From positions 22,568,001 to 22,632,000 of the forward strand of contig JAGIQG010000031.1 of NCBI GenBank assembly GCA_024679065.1: 64,000 bases of DNA, read 5' to 3'. Position 1 is the first letter of the stretch; each line of letters begins with the position of its first letter. The notes beneath the pieces were generated by a model. The model saw nothing but the letters and a program-made list of their open reading frames with translations, had not been told where the DNA came from and made no database searches. Shown here one piece after another: positions 1-13,974 of this stretch. The DNA comes from Sphyrna mokarran. Lineage: Eukaryota. The position numbers and the translations under genes are program-made.

Positions 1-330
1 CCCCTCTGCCCAACCCGATTGCTTGTCCCATTCACCTCCTCCCTCCCATTCTGCCTATAATCCCAAATGCAGGGTGGCAGCAGGATACCCCCACCTCTCC
101 GATTGCCCCAATAGGCCTCACCCCCTTTGCCCCACTTGGCACTGCCCAGTGTCCAGTGGGCAATGACATGATGCCACTTGGGCATTGCCCATTGGGCAGT
201 GCTGGGTGCTAGGTTGGCACTGCCCAGAGGCAACCGCACCCCCCCCCCCCCCCCCCCCCCCTTTAACTCTGAGCTCCTTGTGGGGGGCATCCATGGGCCT
301 CTCTTCACTCCAGCTGGGTCAGGCTGCCAG
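1..330. mobile_element. GC-rich non-autonomous DNA-transposon-like repeat (part), with a C23 tract at 239-261
   Basis: Shares ggcactgccc/gggcagtgc/cccattgggca motifs with 21520-22408 and 23505-24295. Confidence 0.5.
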
Positions 331-2859
331 TTTCCTGTTAGAGGTGCTTTTTTGGCTCGGAGCGGACAACGTCGGATATCTAGCAGATGGAGATGCAAGA
401 AGGCTGGGACATCCAGCATGAAGCTTGCTACGTAGCCTCTGCTGATATCTTTCCTATTTGCTGTAGATCTGATTATACTTGTATTTCACATTCGGGACGA
501 ACATGGCAGCTTGTCTTTGGGATCTGTTGCTTACAGCAGTGGAAATCAGTGTGATGGCTATGTAACATGAATGCAAATTCCAGGGAACATTGACTTGAGT
601 ACATTTATTGTACAGATTAATTTTTTCAGCTGCAATTGCTATTTGATGTTTTGAATGCCTGACAACTCAATCACATTGGACTTCTGGAATAATGTACAGA
701 TGGATCAGCATTGGAATTCTGTTGAGATAGTCATCTCTTTGAATGTTGCCCTTTCAAGTGCATGATGTCCAAGCATTCATTTTACAGATGAGTTGAAAGA
801 ATAATTCACCTGACAATTGTGGACAAGCTAAGAAGTTAGGTAGCGTTCACAGTTGTTTTGATTTCAAGTGCTCCTAGACCTAACTGCAGAATTTGATTAC
901 AATCCTGCATGCCTGAGTTAATCTGGAATATGATATGTGCATCAGTAATTGGAAATATATTTTGATTGTGTCAGGCTTCTGGTATTCTAGTGATTGAATA
1001 GGGATTGCACGTAGGAAGCGTGCATGCAGAAGATTGGCTGACTGTTATCTCCAAGCCTGTCCCGTTGGAAATTTCCAAACTGGATGACCAGCTGTCTGTA
1101 TAGCAGGATCCCTGTGAGACGTAAGCACTGAGGCTTGAAACTTTGAAGTACTGCAAATACCACTTAATGCAAGTCACTTTGATAGATGTCATTGCAAAGC
1201 GATTCTATTTAGTTACTTTAAACAAGAATCTTTTGATTGCTTCATAAGAAATACTTCAATTACTTTTGAGCTTTTCAAATAGTTTGTCATCAGATATTGG
1301 CATCTTTTCAGGGTTGGTGAGTGGTGTAGATGGCTTTTGAAGAAAGCCCCATAGTCCAGTAATTTGATATTATTGAAGATAATACTTTGTTCAGAGACGT
1401 GATTCCCTTCAGAAGGGAACACACACAATAGCAGCTGCTAATTGTGAAAGAAGCACAGTCATTCCAGAAGTTTCTCACAACTTTATATGATCCTCATCCA
1501 CGTTATTTTATTTTCTCTTTCTCTTGTATGAGATTTGGAGCACATTTAGCAAGGCTGGTGTTTATTGCCCATCCCTAATTGCCCTTTACCATGTGGCTTG
1601 CTCGGCTGTAACAGGAGACAGTTTAGTATCATGTTGCTGGTCTGGCAGTCACATGTAGGTCAGATGGGGTAAGAATAGCAGATTTCATCCTGTGAAGATA
1701 TTATTGAACTTTTGAGCTTTTACACAAATTGACAATAGTTTCATGGTCATCATGATTTAGATGGGCTTTAAATTCTAGGTTTATCAATCGAATTTAAATT
1801 CCATCAGTTGCCATGGTGTTTTATAGTCATTGCTGAACTTGCCTTTCCAAATAAGATGCAATGAAAATAAAATCCAATTATAAGCTTGCCAATGGCCCTG
1901 TTTGTTCAGATTCTCTGTGTAACTGCAATGCAAATATGATTGTCCCATTTTTGATATCCTTAGACTATTTGTTGTGGAGAAGAAGCCATTGATATTGAAG
2001 GCTGAAATAAATTTTATAACATCTATGATCAATGAGAGAAGGCTTCATGTCAAACTGGATGCAGTTCAGAAGCAGGTTTACAACTCAAATCCTCATACTA
2101 TGACCCATAAATCTTTGTTCTGGTAATTATGCAGGGCTATTGAATGATTTAAATACAGGAGGCAGAGAGAGAGACACACACACACACACACAATATCAAA
2201 GGTTCTCATGTGTCTCTGGGAATGTGGCTTGAGCCACCTGTTGACCAATCAGCAATCTATTCTCACACTGTATAAATTGTTGTTTTCCCTTATACTGGTA
2301 TTCTTGTGAAGTGTCCTGATGAGTGTAAGATAAAAGTGTGTCTCTTTTTCAGCAAAAATCAGATACTGTAGCAATTTCATAATCCTTAGACTCAGGGAAT
2401 AGTCTGGGGTCCCAGGTTCGAATCCCACCATGGCAGAGATGAAATCTGAATTCTGGAATCTGGAATTAAAAGCCTAATGATAACCGCAAAATCATTGTTG
2501 ATTGTCCTAAAAAAAAAGCCCCATCTGGTTCACGAATGTCCTTTAGGGAAGGAAATCTATTGTCCTGACCTGTTCTGCCTATATCTGACTCCAGAGTCAC
2601 AGCAATGTGGTTGACTCTTAAATACCCTCAAGGATAGGCAATAAATTTTGGCAACTCCTACATCCCATGTCCATTTTCTTTAAAATGACAATTTGTTTTA
2701 GATTATTGGTTTATAGTAGACTTTTGTGTACAGTATTGGATATGTATCAACAATTATGGAACACTTGCATATTTTCACCTTTTCAAAATCATTGTGTTTA
2801 TTTTTATTAGGTTTCCTTTCCTTTATATTGGGCTTTTGTTTTAAAGATGTTCTGTAAAA

Positions 2860-3580
2860 TTAGTGGATAGTTCAATGAAAGAAACTTTCAGGGTTATGGG
2901 ATTAGAGTGGGGGAATAGGATTGACTAGATTGCTTTATAGAGAGCCAACATGGACATGATGGGCTTAATACCCCTCAGTAACACCTTAATAACCTCCCAT
3001 CAAGAAGGGAGGGAGGCAGAAAACATCAAATTATAGGCCAGTTGTGGAGAATGTGTTAGAATCGATTATTAGAGACATTACAGCTGGGTACTTACATAAG
3101 TTCAGGTTAATTTGGAAGAATTATTGTGGTTTTTTTGGAAAGGAAGTCATGTTTAAGTAATTTATTGGAGTTCTTTTGAAGGAGTAACATTATTGTGGAC
3201 AGAGGAAACCTGTAGACGAATTGTGCCCAGGTTTTTGGAAAGTATGTTAAGGTGCCACATCAAAAGTTATTGAAAAAAATGAAAGCATATGGTGCAGGAG
3301 GTTAACATATTAACCTGGATTGTAGATTGGCTGGCTGGCTGGCAGGAAGTAGTTTGCATAAATGGCAGAGTGTCAGTGCTGGGGTCTCAATTTATTGCAC
3401 AATTTGCATCAATGACTTAGATGAGAGGAACGAAGATACAGTAGTCAAATTTGCAGGTGACAGAAGTAAGAAAAGAAATTGTGAAGAAAATAAATGGGGT
3501 TTGCAGATTGATATAGAACAAAAATCTGGCAGATGGAATATAATGTGAGAAATTGTGAAGTTGTTCACTTTGGGCAGGGG
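2860..3580 (+). mobile_element. Highly degenerate CR1 LINE fragments
   Basis: RT remnants (INDLDE...KFAGD, HGF..GKSCL.NL-like) and a CR1 tail at 2860-2970. Confidence 0.65.
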
Positions 3581-5294
3581 GGAGCGAGCAGCAGTGGCGA
3601 ATGAAGCGCAGGGAAATCCACAACTTTCACTGTGCTTGTGTGGATGAATATTCCTGGTGTTATATTCTGACAAGAGTTTGGAAAAGGCTAATCACTCAAA
3701 TATTGGCATACTTGCATTGAAATTCAAAGTGTTGAAAGGGAGTACGTCTGTTGTCATATCTTTGAGTGGGCCTTATTCAAAAAAATCCTTTGAAGCTTGT
3801 AATTGTAGTCGTATATCTTTATTTCTCCCCATGCTTTTGATATTGTGACTGTCACTTTGTAAGAGATACTGTTAGAAATTCAGTGGGAAAATGATCCAGG
3901 AAAGAAACCATAGAATCCCTACAGTGCAGAAGGCTCATTGAGTCTGCACTAACTCTGCGAAAGAACACCTACCCAGGTGCACCCCCTCAGTCTATCCCCA
4001 TAGCCTCATTTACATGGTTAATTTACTTAACCTGCACGTCTTTGGAGTGTGGCAGGAAATTGGAGCACCCGAAGGATATGGGGAAAACATGTAAACTCCA
4101 CACAGACAGTCACCCAAGTTCCTGGTGCTGTGAGGCAGCAGTGCTAACCACTGCGCACCATGCTGCTGGCAGAACAAAAATGGAAAAAATCCTCAACACC
4201 AATCAGTCAACTTTGGATATTGCTATTTCATAGATTCTTCTTTCAAGTTATAAAATGCTCAGTGAAGACCAATTTAAATGACAATTTTTTGAGCGAACTG
4301 TATTGTCTAATTTGTATTGCTCATTGCATGTTATAAAAGAGGAATTTCATTGTCCCAATCGAGTTGGATTAATGGCAGTCTTTCTTGAATGAGCACCATG
4401 GGTTCAACTCCCTGTTCAATTTTAGCTTATATGCTTGGTGCAGTGAACATTTCATTGTGTTTGTGAAGTAGATTAAGAGATGTGAGATGGTCTGAAGGAT
4501 TTTGATATGACTTGTGTATTTAGCTTGTCTGTATTTCATTGTTAAACCAGTCCAGATTGCTATTTTAACACATGCTAGAAAATCCACACCTTATTTGCAT
4601 ATCAAGAGTCAATATTTCACATTGAAAATAATTGAAAACTAAAATTGTTAATTGTCAACAAAAAAAGAAGTAAAAATTGGTGTCTGGCCACCAAAGCTAA
4701 GGGAGTATGAGGAACATCTATCAGCAGAGGCAATGGCCTGGTTACATTAATGTTAGACTATTAATCTGGAAACTGAGGCAATATTCCAGAGATCTGGATT
4801 CAAATCCCGCCACAGCAGGTGGTGGAATTTGAATTCATAAAAAAAAATTTGGAATTAAGAATCTGCTGATGAGCATGAAACTATTGTCGATTGTCAGAAA
4901 AACCGATCTGGTTCACTCATGTCCTTTAGGGAAGGAAATCTGCCATCGTCACCTGGTCTGCCCTCTATATGACTCCAAAGCCACAGCAATATGGTTGATT
5001 CTCAACTGTCCTGGGGCAACTGGGGATAGGCAATAAATGATGGCCCAGCCAGCAAATGTCCCACGAATGAGTAAAAAAAAATCTCTTCTTACAGTTGACT
5101 TGGTCTGTGAGTGTAAGAGTTCAGGCCTTGAATTTGCTTACATAACTGCAGCAATACTGATGCACTTGCATGATAAAGAGTGATGTTCTGTGCTCTGGCA
5201 CAAATGTATGAGACAAATTAGCTTCTCCTGTGCTGTAAGATTTTGGGATAAATCATGGTGTTTTGATGACACTTTGCTTTCCTTCCTTCAATAG

Positions 5295-5359
5295 GGTGTC
5301 TGCCGATTGCCAGATGATAGTGATGGTGTTGATTATCCATTCAGGAGAATTGATATTCG
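5295..5359 (+). CDS. POLB: DNA polymerase beta, internal coding exon (equivalent to human exon 12)
   Basis: Acceptor ttccttcaatAG, donor cg|GTGAGT; 65 nt; GVCRLPDDSDGVDYPFRRIDIR matches human [22 protein letters not shown] and includes the third catalytic Asp (D256). Too short for the ORF track. Confidence 0.96.
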
Positions 5360-5686
5360 GTGAGTTAACTGCATAATACTCGAATATTGCAAATTCAAAA
5401 GTCACCAAGGATGGGGTGCAATGCCCACAACTCTCAGCTATCTAATCTGTCTGGTCAGAACTCCAAGGTGGTCATCAAATTTGCTACAAATTTGTCAAAA
5501 TATTCTGGGAATAGTTGATTAGTGAAATTAGTCCATGTTGCTTGCTTTTCTTGAGTGATTTGCCTATATATAAAAACTGTTAATCATCCTACTTTTCATT
5601 AATCTCAGAAAGAAGGTTAGGAACCATGTAAAATCTAAATTGACTGCAAGTGCAAACTTTATATCCCTACTGGGAAATGGTGCACA

Positions 5687-6017
5687 GAGCGGCATGGTGG
5701 CACAGTGTTTAGCACTGCTGCCTCACAGCTCCAAAGACCTGGGTTCGATTCCTAACTTGGGTGACTCTGTGTGGAATTTGCACATTCTGCCTGTGTCTGC
5801 GTGGGTTTCCTCCAGATGCTCCGGTTTCCTCCCACATTCCAAAGATAAGGGAGTTAATTGGCCGTGCTAAATTGTCCCTTAGTGCCCTGGGATTCATCGG
5901 TTAAAGGGATTAGTGGGGTAAATATGTGGGGTGATGGGGATAGGACCTGAGTGGGATTGTTGTTGGTGCAAACTCGAGGGGCCGATGGCCTCCTTCTGCA
6001 CTGTAGGGTTTCTATGA
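5687..6017 (+). mobile_element. tRNA-derived V-SINE (HE1-like) with CR1-type tail (type A)
   Basis: A box tggcacagtg.ttag, B box ggttcgattcc, V core gtgtctgcgtgggtttcctcc...ccggtttcctcccac, tail gggccgatggcctccttctgcactgtaggg. Other type A copies: 3908-4166(-), 15157-15462(+), 17120-17372(+), 35427-35737(-), 35851-36318(-), 42546-42860(-), 49139-49421(+), 54235-54555(-), 60333-60607(+). Confidence 0.9.
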
Positions 6018-9000
6018 CTTAGAAAAAGTAACAAAAAGGCTATAATATCCTCCATTATCATTAAGTAAATTCTAACATTTTTTCCTTCTGTTTGTAATGT
6101 GTCTTGAACTGATTCTTTTTTACATTAAAATTGTTCTCTGTATCGAAGTCGCTGAATAAACAAATGCACATCACTTTCTTGGAAATAATATAATGTTATA
6201 AGCACCTGGCCGTCTCTGGCCACAGTGATCATTTAGATGGTTAAATGATCGCAAGTAATAATTAATCTTGAATGCTAATATCTACAGTCTATGTTTCTCT
6301 GATATTTCTTTTTGCTGATAACTCCTCTCAGTTGCTTTCCTTCTCTGTTTGGATCAATTCTATGACCTGTTTCCCTTTAGCCTCAAATAAATTCTGTTGA
6401 AACATCCTGCCTCTGCCAGCCCATTGTTAGAGCAATCCAAAACAAAACCCATTGCTTATGCTTTTTTGTTCATAGTCTTATTTTTTTTGCTGCTTCAAAC
6501 GTTTATTCAGTTTTCCAGTAAAAGCTGTAATGTCTCAAGGACACCTTGTGGCAAATATTCCATGCTCCAGCACTCCTCTACATAAGAATCCTTGTCTTTC
6601 TCTCTCTCTCTTCAATCTCTTTGTGATATTAAAATTGATGAGTTTTTGTTACTGGATGCAAAATCAAAGGTATAGTCTTTCCTTAGCTACCCTATTAAAA
6701 TCCGAACAAATTTTAAAATATTGTTAAGTCTTTTCTTGGCTTTTAAAACCAATTCCTGCCCATGTGTGCCAGTCTATTCAATCAACTGTAATTTGAACAA
6801 TTGAGGGTCAGCACTTCTGACTAGATAAGGTCACAATTGACCCACACTGCAGAAGGAACCAGAAAACACTCCATATTTGTCCTATTGCAAACACATTGGT
6901 TTGTTCTAGACCTCTTGCTGTTCTCCTCTAGATGGATTATGGATGTTTTGGCAGGACTGTTACAAAATGCTGAAGACTCCAAGAAACTTCTTTCACAGAC
7001 TATATTAAAAGACTGCCAAATTCAAGACCAATTGCTGAGGCCTATCGTTAATCTGAAAATTGTACTGCAACATTTTCTACCAGAAGTTATAATGGAGATG
7101 TGGTGACACTGCCTGAACAATCCTTTTACCTGGATATTGTCTTATTTCTTAAATTAGTCACCCATAGTGTTAAACTTTTTAATCCTATGGTTTGGATGTG
7201 CTTTTTAAAAGAAAAATAATTGGATGTAGTGCTATTTCAAATCTCTCCTCATAACTCTTGATTGCTGGCATCAGGAATCAATGTTGTATGCTCTTGATGG
7301 CTTACATTTCTCTTCCATAGTCTGTTATTCAACTGTACCTAAATTTAACCATTTCTCATACAATGACTGCTTCTTTATTCTATGCCATATATTTTGTTTC
7401 ATTCATTCATGGTATGTAGGTGTTGTTGGCTAATTACCCTTGTAATGGTGGTCTTGGGCAGACTTTTTGAGCTGTTGCAGTCCATGCATACATTCATATG
7501 CATACATGCAGATAAGAAGGGAGTTCCTGGATTTTGACCCAGCGATGGTGAAGGAGAATGGATATTTCTTGTCAAGTTAGGATGCTGAGTGACTTGGAGG
7601 GAACTTCTAGGTGGTGGTGTCCTCATGTGTCTGATACCCTTGTGTTTCCAGATGGTCATGGTCGTGGGTTTGGAAGCTGCTGTCTAAGGAACCTTGAGTT
7701 GCTGCAGTGCATCTTTAGATGGTATAATGTGCTGCATTGTGTGCCCTGGTAGAGGGATTGAATGTTTGTGGAAGAATGGCAATCAAGAGGGGCTGCTTTG
7801 TCTTGGATGGCGTTAGCTCCTTGAGTGTTGATGGGAGCTGCACTCGTCCAGGTAAATGGAAAGTATCCCATCATATTGGAACCTCTAAGTCATTTTGTTT
7901 AGTCAGTATTGTCATTCCTTGGTATTCCTCCCAGGGTGTTGAACCTCACAGCTCTCCACGTTAAATTGTACCAGCTATTTATCTACCCATCCCAGGAAGC
8001 CATTGATCTTCCTGACACCTTTTACTATCCTGCTTGTTGTTTATCAAACTCCTTGTTTCTGTGTTGTGCATTCCTATTTTCTCCTGTTTTCTTCGGTGAC
8101 TCTTTTGTGCACTGGAGCGTGGTGACTCCTTGCAAGCTGTGACCAGTATAACCTCTAATTCTATCTTTTACCCTCGTCCTATGCTTTTAAAACTATATTC
8201 CAACTCTTAAATTTTGTAACAATGCTTTAATTCAATCTCTTAATCTCAATCCGGCATCCTCCCACTGTCCAAAGGTGGATTGGCCATGCCAAATTGCCTT
8301 TAGTGTCAGGGGGACTAGCAAGGATAAATGCATGGGGTTATGGAGATAGGACTGTGGTCGGTACAGACTTGATGACTGAATGGCCTCTTCTGCACTATTG
8401 AATTCTATGATTTGTGATCTAGTATTAAGTTGATTTTTCTCTACACCCTAGCTCCAACTTTAACAAAACATTCTGCATCTTCTTTCCTTTTCCATGAACG
8501 GGATAGCGCACAAGAAACAATGCTTTTCGCTGTATTCTAATACATGTGACAATAATAAATAAAATAAAGTTAGCTGCTAATGTTGCTGATGAATTTAAGT
8601 ATTGATCTTAGCAGTAATTTATCCTTGATTGCCTTAGTTACAAGGCTGAGAGTACCAAACGCCTATGTTTTAAGAAATCAGTCTGAACTGGATTTAAAGG
8701 CTCAATTTAAAAATTAATTTTGGACAGTAGGGTAAAGATGCTGCATTTTCAGAGAAAGCTAAGTTCAAAGGGAATGAGATATAGAGACAGACATACATAC
8801 AAACCCATGGCCTTTGTTTTTTATCTGTACTCCCTTCAAATGTGATTCCAACCTAAACATCCAAAGTCTGTCTAACACAGATTCTTGACCTAGGTCCCAA
8901 GAACTGAATGTGTGAATGCAGTGTAGTTTGATTCTGAGTTTTCCAGTTCAAGAAGATTCACAATGGTTAGCAGTGCTGCCTCACAGTGCCAGCAAACTAG

Positions 9001-10879
9001 AGTTAATTCCCAGCTTGCACATTCTCCCCATGTGTGTGGGTTTCCTCCAGGTGATCTGGTTTTCTTCCACAGTCCAAAGATGTGCAGGTTAGGTGCATTG
9101 GCCCTGCTAAATTCTCCCTCTGTACCTGAACAGGCACCAGAGTGTGGCAACTAGGGGATTTTCATAGTAACTTCATTGCAATATTCATGTAAGCCTACTT
9201 GTGACAGTAATAAATAAACTTTACTTGAAAAGAAAATTGGTCTCAGTATTCTTGAGTTAGAATAGAAAACTGCCTATTCCTGCTGAAGAATATGGATGAA
9301 AGGAGAAAGACAGGAAATGTCTCAGTCTTGATATCCTCCCACCTGACTAACCGTCCTGCCAATACAAATTACCAAGATTACGTGAACAATGGTCATTTTG
9401 TTGTGGTGCAAGATAGTTGCTGGCATCTATTGAATCATAATCCAGCATTAATCCTGCCTTCAGGAGAACAGTAATGATGGGGGGAATATAGACAGGATGC
9501 TGAAAAGGAAGTGCATAAATCTCTACTAAACCAGCTAAATTTATATAAAGCTAAGGTTTGGGCAAAGCTAAATGCTGAAGGTCTTTCAGTTAATGCTAGA
9601 ATAATTGACTACGGCTTTTCCTCCATGCAATTAATAATTGCCAATTCATGATGGTCATGGTTGACTTGTAATTAATACATGGAAACTATAGCTAGAACAT
9701 ATTGCTCAATTATTCCTGACTTGGCATCTGATTCTATTTACTTTATGTCTTCAAGTAGCCATTCAAATAATAGATTGATGGTGGTCTTGTATTTGTGGCC
9801 TGGAACTCCTAGTTGGAGATGCTTTGTGTGTGTGGCCTCTAAGATGAAAAGTAATATTTTTAAAAGTAGCCAAATATTCCAGCTACATTTCAGTTTCTGC
9901 CATGTGTGTTGTAAGGGCTGCCACATAAGCCACTGGTCACAGTATAAGGGATTTTGTGTTTATTAGATTATTATTTCATAAATTCAAGATAAGTTACTTT
10001 TACTAGGGAATTTACAAGAATATAAGCTATTCTTATACCTTATGGGAGTGCCACAGAACAGTGATATCTAAGACTGACAGGTTATCAATTGCCACCAAGG
10101 TTGCCTGCTTCACAGTTTCAGAAGTCCAAGTGAAAAGCATTGTGGGATGTAATCCACACATTTTGCAGTGATTCAAGAAGGCAGCTTCTTGAGAACAAAT
10201 AGAGATGAGCAATAAAGATCCACAGTGCCAACAATGTCTGAGAAAAGATGTTTGGCATCCCCATCATGACAAATCTAAGGGCATGAATGAAGTTTACGTT
10301 TTTGGAGACTCTTCAAGTAGCCATTAAATTGCACACAAGGAAAAGCTGCTGTCAGTTGATCCCTCCCTCACCACTGGTCTTGCTGCCTCCATCTATTCCT
10401 ATTTTATTGGCACTTTGGTCATTACTCTACAAACTTCCCAAATATGCTGATTTACATTCTATTCCTTCATTTCTGTCCAGCTCTAATGCAATCCTTTGTC
10501 ATTGCAGTTTTTCCCCATTCTATTGTCTTTGTCATCCTGAACTTTTTCATCAGGCTTTAAAACTTAGCAATATCTAATCAGTGATCTTTGTTTTGACTTG
10601 GCCTCTTGAACTTTATTAAATGTTGGTAATAACTTTTCTCATACCTTGGCTCATCAGCTGCGTTTCTAACAAAAGAAGTTGCTGAGCATTGTATTTTTCC
10701 TTCTCTCACTATGAGAGCTCATTTGGAAGCATTCTGTTTCAGTTAGTGCCTGTCTTTTCTCTCTTTAACTGTCAAAAAACATGAACATAATTATTTGTTT
10801 AGTGCTGGAGTTTGTTCTATCATTTTATAAAATAATCATTATTTGCTTAATTAGTGCTTCGCTTTAAATAGAATCAGTG

Positions 10880-11470
10880 AGAAACAACATGGAAACAGGC
10901 CCTTCGGCCCAACTTGTCCATGCCAACCAGGTTTCTGAAATTGAACTAGTTCTATTTGCTTGTATTTGGTCCAAATCCCTCTAAACCTTTCCCATCTATG
11001 CATGTGTCCAATTGTGTCTTAAATATTATAATTGTACCAGCCTCTATCATCCCCTCTGTGTGAAAAAGTTGCCCGTCAGGTTCTTTATAAATATTTCCTT
11101 GGTCAGCTTAAATCTATGCACTGTAGTTTTGGACTCAGCTACCCTGGGGAAAAACTGTGGCTATTCACCGTATCTTTGCTCCTCATGATTTTATAAATCT
11201 CTAGAAGGTCACCCTTCATCCCCCTCTGCTCCAGAGAAAAAGGTTGCAGCCTATCCGACCTCTCCTTATGATTCAAACCTTCCAGTCCTGGTGACATCCT
11301 TGTCAATCTTCTTTGCACCCTTTAATAACTTGCTTCCTATAGCAGGGTGACCAGGATTGTTCATAGTACTCCAAATGTGGCACTATCAATGTCTTGTAGA
11401 ATTGTAACATAACATCCCAACTACTGTACTCAGTGCTCTGACCAATGAAAGCAAGTGTTCCAAACACCTT
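10880..11470 (-). mobile_element. CR1 LINE 3' fragment
   Basis: Tail ggaaacaggcccttcggccc followed by degenerate ORF2 end on the - strand. Confidence 0.8.
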
Positions 11471-13974
11471 CTTCCTCATTCTTTTTTGCTATTACTCAAT
11501 TCAGTAAATCTTCCCTTGTGATATCAGCCACCATTTTATAATACCTCTTGGTGAATCTCTCCTATGTTTTGTCAAATTTGCTGCATTAGGACAGATGTCA
11601 TACAGAGTTGAGATGGGGTTAACAGTATATAGTCTGTTGCTGCATGTATTTTTTTCAAGAGCCTCATGATTACAGATTTTACTTAATAGTTTTGAATCAT
11701 CTCAGTGTTACTTCTGTTTTTGAAAGGAACAATTCATATAGGTTAAAAGTATTATTTTCATCCAATTCTCCATTGATTCAAGTCTGAAATTAAAGTATTC
11801 TGCAATTTCAGGAGATAGAAGATCACCAGATATAAAGGAGAGATCTCCATGGATTTGGCATATCTTTATTGTTTGTGCTTGTTGAAAGTTTTGGCTATTG
11901 CATATGGGCACTTGTAGGTGGCGTAATGTGACCTTGAAATTTAGACACACAGCTCTGACTTTTCAGGCACCAGATATCCTCCTAAATTGTCAATATGATT
12001 TAAAGTTTATTTATTAGTCACAAGTAAGGCTCACGTTAACACTGTAATTAAGTTATTGTGAAATTCCCCTCGTTGCCTTAGTCCGACTGGTTCGGGTCAA
12101 TGCACCTAACCAGGGCATCTTTGAGAGGAAACTGGAGCACGCAGCCAAAGGGAAAATGTGCAAACTCCACATAGACAGGGGCTCAAGCTGGGAATCGAAC
12201 CCAGGTCTTTGGCACTGTGAGGCAGCAGTGCTCGCCACTGGGCCACCATGCCGCCCAAGAAAACGATATTATGGCTGCTCAATTTGGCCCCAATATTGGG
12301 AGCACCTTGGACTCAGGAAAGCAACAGTGTAGTTCATTTAATTTTTAATCTTCATTTAGTTATTTTCATTCATCAATTAAATCTACTCCCTTTTTTGCAA
12401 TGCTTCTCCTGAAAGGGAACTGGCCCATTTGAACATTGACTGCTGGCAGCATTACTCCAGTTCCAAAATAAAACCAGTCTTTCCAACGTAAAAGAATGGA
12501 CAGCCAAAACATAAATGAGAGGTAATTTACCTGGCACTGAAGAAAAGTAAATCAAGCTCCAGAAAATGAAAAGCTAACAGACAGATTGAGTGAGATAAGA
12601 ATAATCAGTTGGATTTTAGAAATGGGCAAGATAAAGCAAGACCTTTTAAGTGTATAGATACCGAGAATGAGGATGTTTACTCGAATATGATGTTTTGTTG
12701 GCTTCTTCTGGGAGCTAACAGGGGCAACTTCAAGTGATTAAATTTATGGAGACTTTTCTGTGTGTAAGGCACTTCCAACAAGCATATTGCCATAATAGAT
12801 TTATCATCAACTTTACCATTCTAATGTAAGGTATGTTTTCTTTTTAACTGCATTCTCATGCATGATTTCCCAGAGAAGCTTATAAGTTTAGGTCGGCTGA
12901 ATCATTGTGGTTTTTGTCTTATCCTTGTTTAGCCAAAGTGCAGTGGACCTCCCATCCTCATTATTCTTCATTGTTTAAATTTACATCCGAATTGAATCTC
13001 CCTACGAGGCTGACCACTTTCCTCAACCTTGGTGCAACTAACAATTTTCAATTTCAAGCCAATTAAAATCAGCTTGAGCTGTATTCAATTTCTTTTTGAA
13101 AAGAAATTAAGATTTTTTAAAGGAAGCTCATGAGAGTCTGCTCAGTATAATTAGAAATATAATCATTAATTAAGAGGTATTGTTATTTTAAAGAGGATCC
13201 TATTCAGTTGTTAAAGAAATAATGGGACTGGTTGATTCAGCTTTAGATGGTTTTGATGCTTCATCCTATTGCCATTAATATAAAACATCCTCAAGTTACT
13301 TATTTCCTCCATTTCATTTTAAAATAATATTACCTTATTCTTTGGATCTGACCCATAATGCAATTATTTACTTGACCAGCCCAAAGTTGTTAAAATGAAG
13401 TTTAGTCTGCAAGAAGTTAACGCTAATTGCTGCGGTTTCTAAGGAGATCATGAACAAAATAATCACATAATTTGTGTTCAATTGTATGTCATTTTGTAAA
13501 GCTCTTGTGTCTGTAATATGCATATTTAACAGTAAAAGCACAGTTTTACCAAGTATGTATGCTGCTCAGTTGAAACCGCCATCAAGCAATAAGTCATGGG
13601 GGTGGAACTTATTCTATGTCAGACTAAGTCGCTTCAGTCCGAGTTAGTGTTGGATATATCCAGTCAAGCTTGAGCAGCCATGGTCTAATCCTTCATGGAG
13701 CACTCAGTTCGTATTTGTGTTGAATTCCCACAGATGTTCCAATATTCTGGATATATTGCTGAAATCAAGAACTATGGTTATTCCTGTTTTTATTCTTAAA
13801 AGCTGTTTCCAATTGCCAGTGTTTCAGAAATTAGACAAGTTATAGTTGTATGCAGCCATGCTATGTTACCCAGTTTGAATGGACTTGGAATTCGAATATC
13901 TCCCCTGTTCTTATCTAATGTTGTGTTTGTTACTCTGGACTGATATTGCTCACTGTGCGCTACTGTCCTTGCAG

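Noticed and set aside
178-435. Poly-proline ORFs
   Set aside because: Produced by a C23 homopolymer inside a GC-rich repeat; no splice or homology support.
5687-5765. tRNA genes at SINE heads
   Set aside because: A/B boxes run straight into SINE core and tail, and copies are degenerate; these are SINE promoters.
12933-12995. Possible extra POLB exon (tttAG|ccaaag, reads PK like human exon 11)
   Set aside because: It lies after exon 12, the translation diverges at once and hits a stop; the real exon 11 is presumably upstream of the window.
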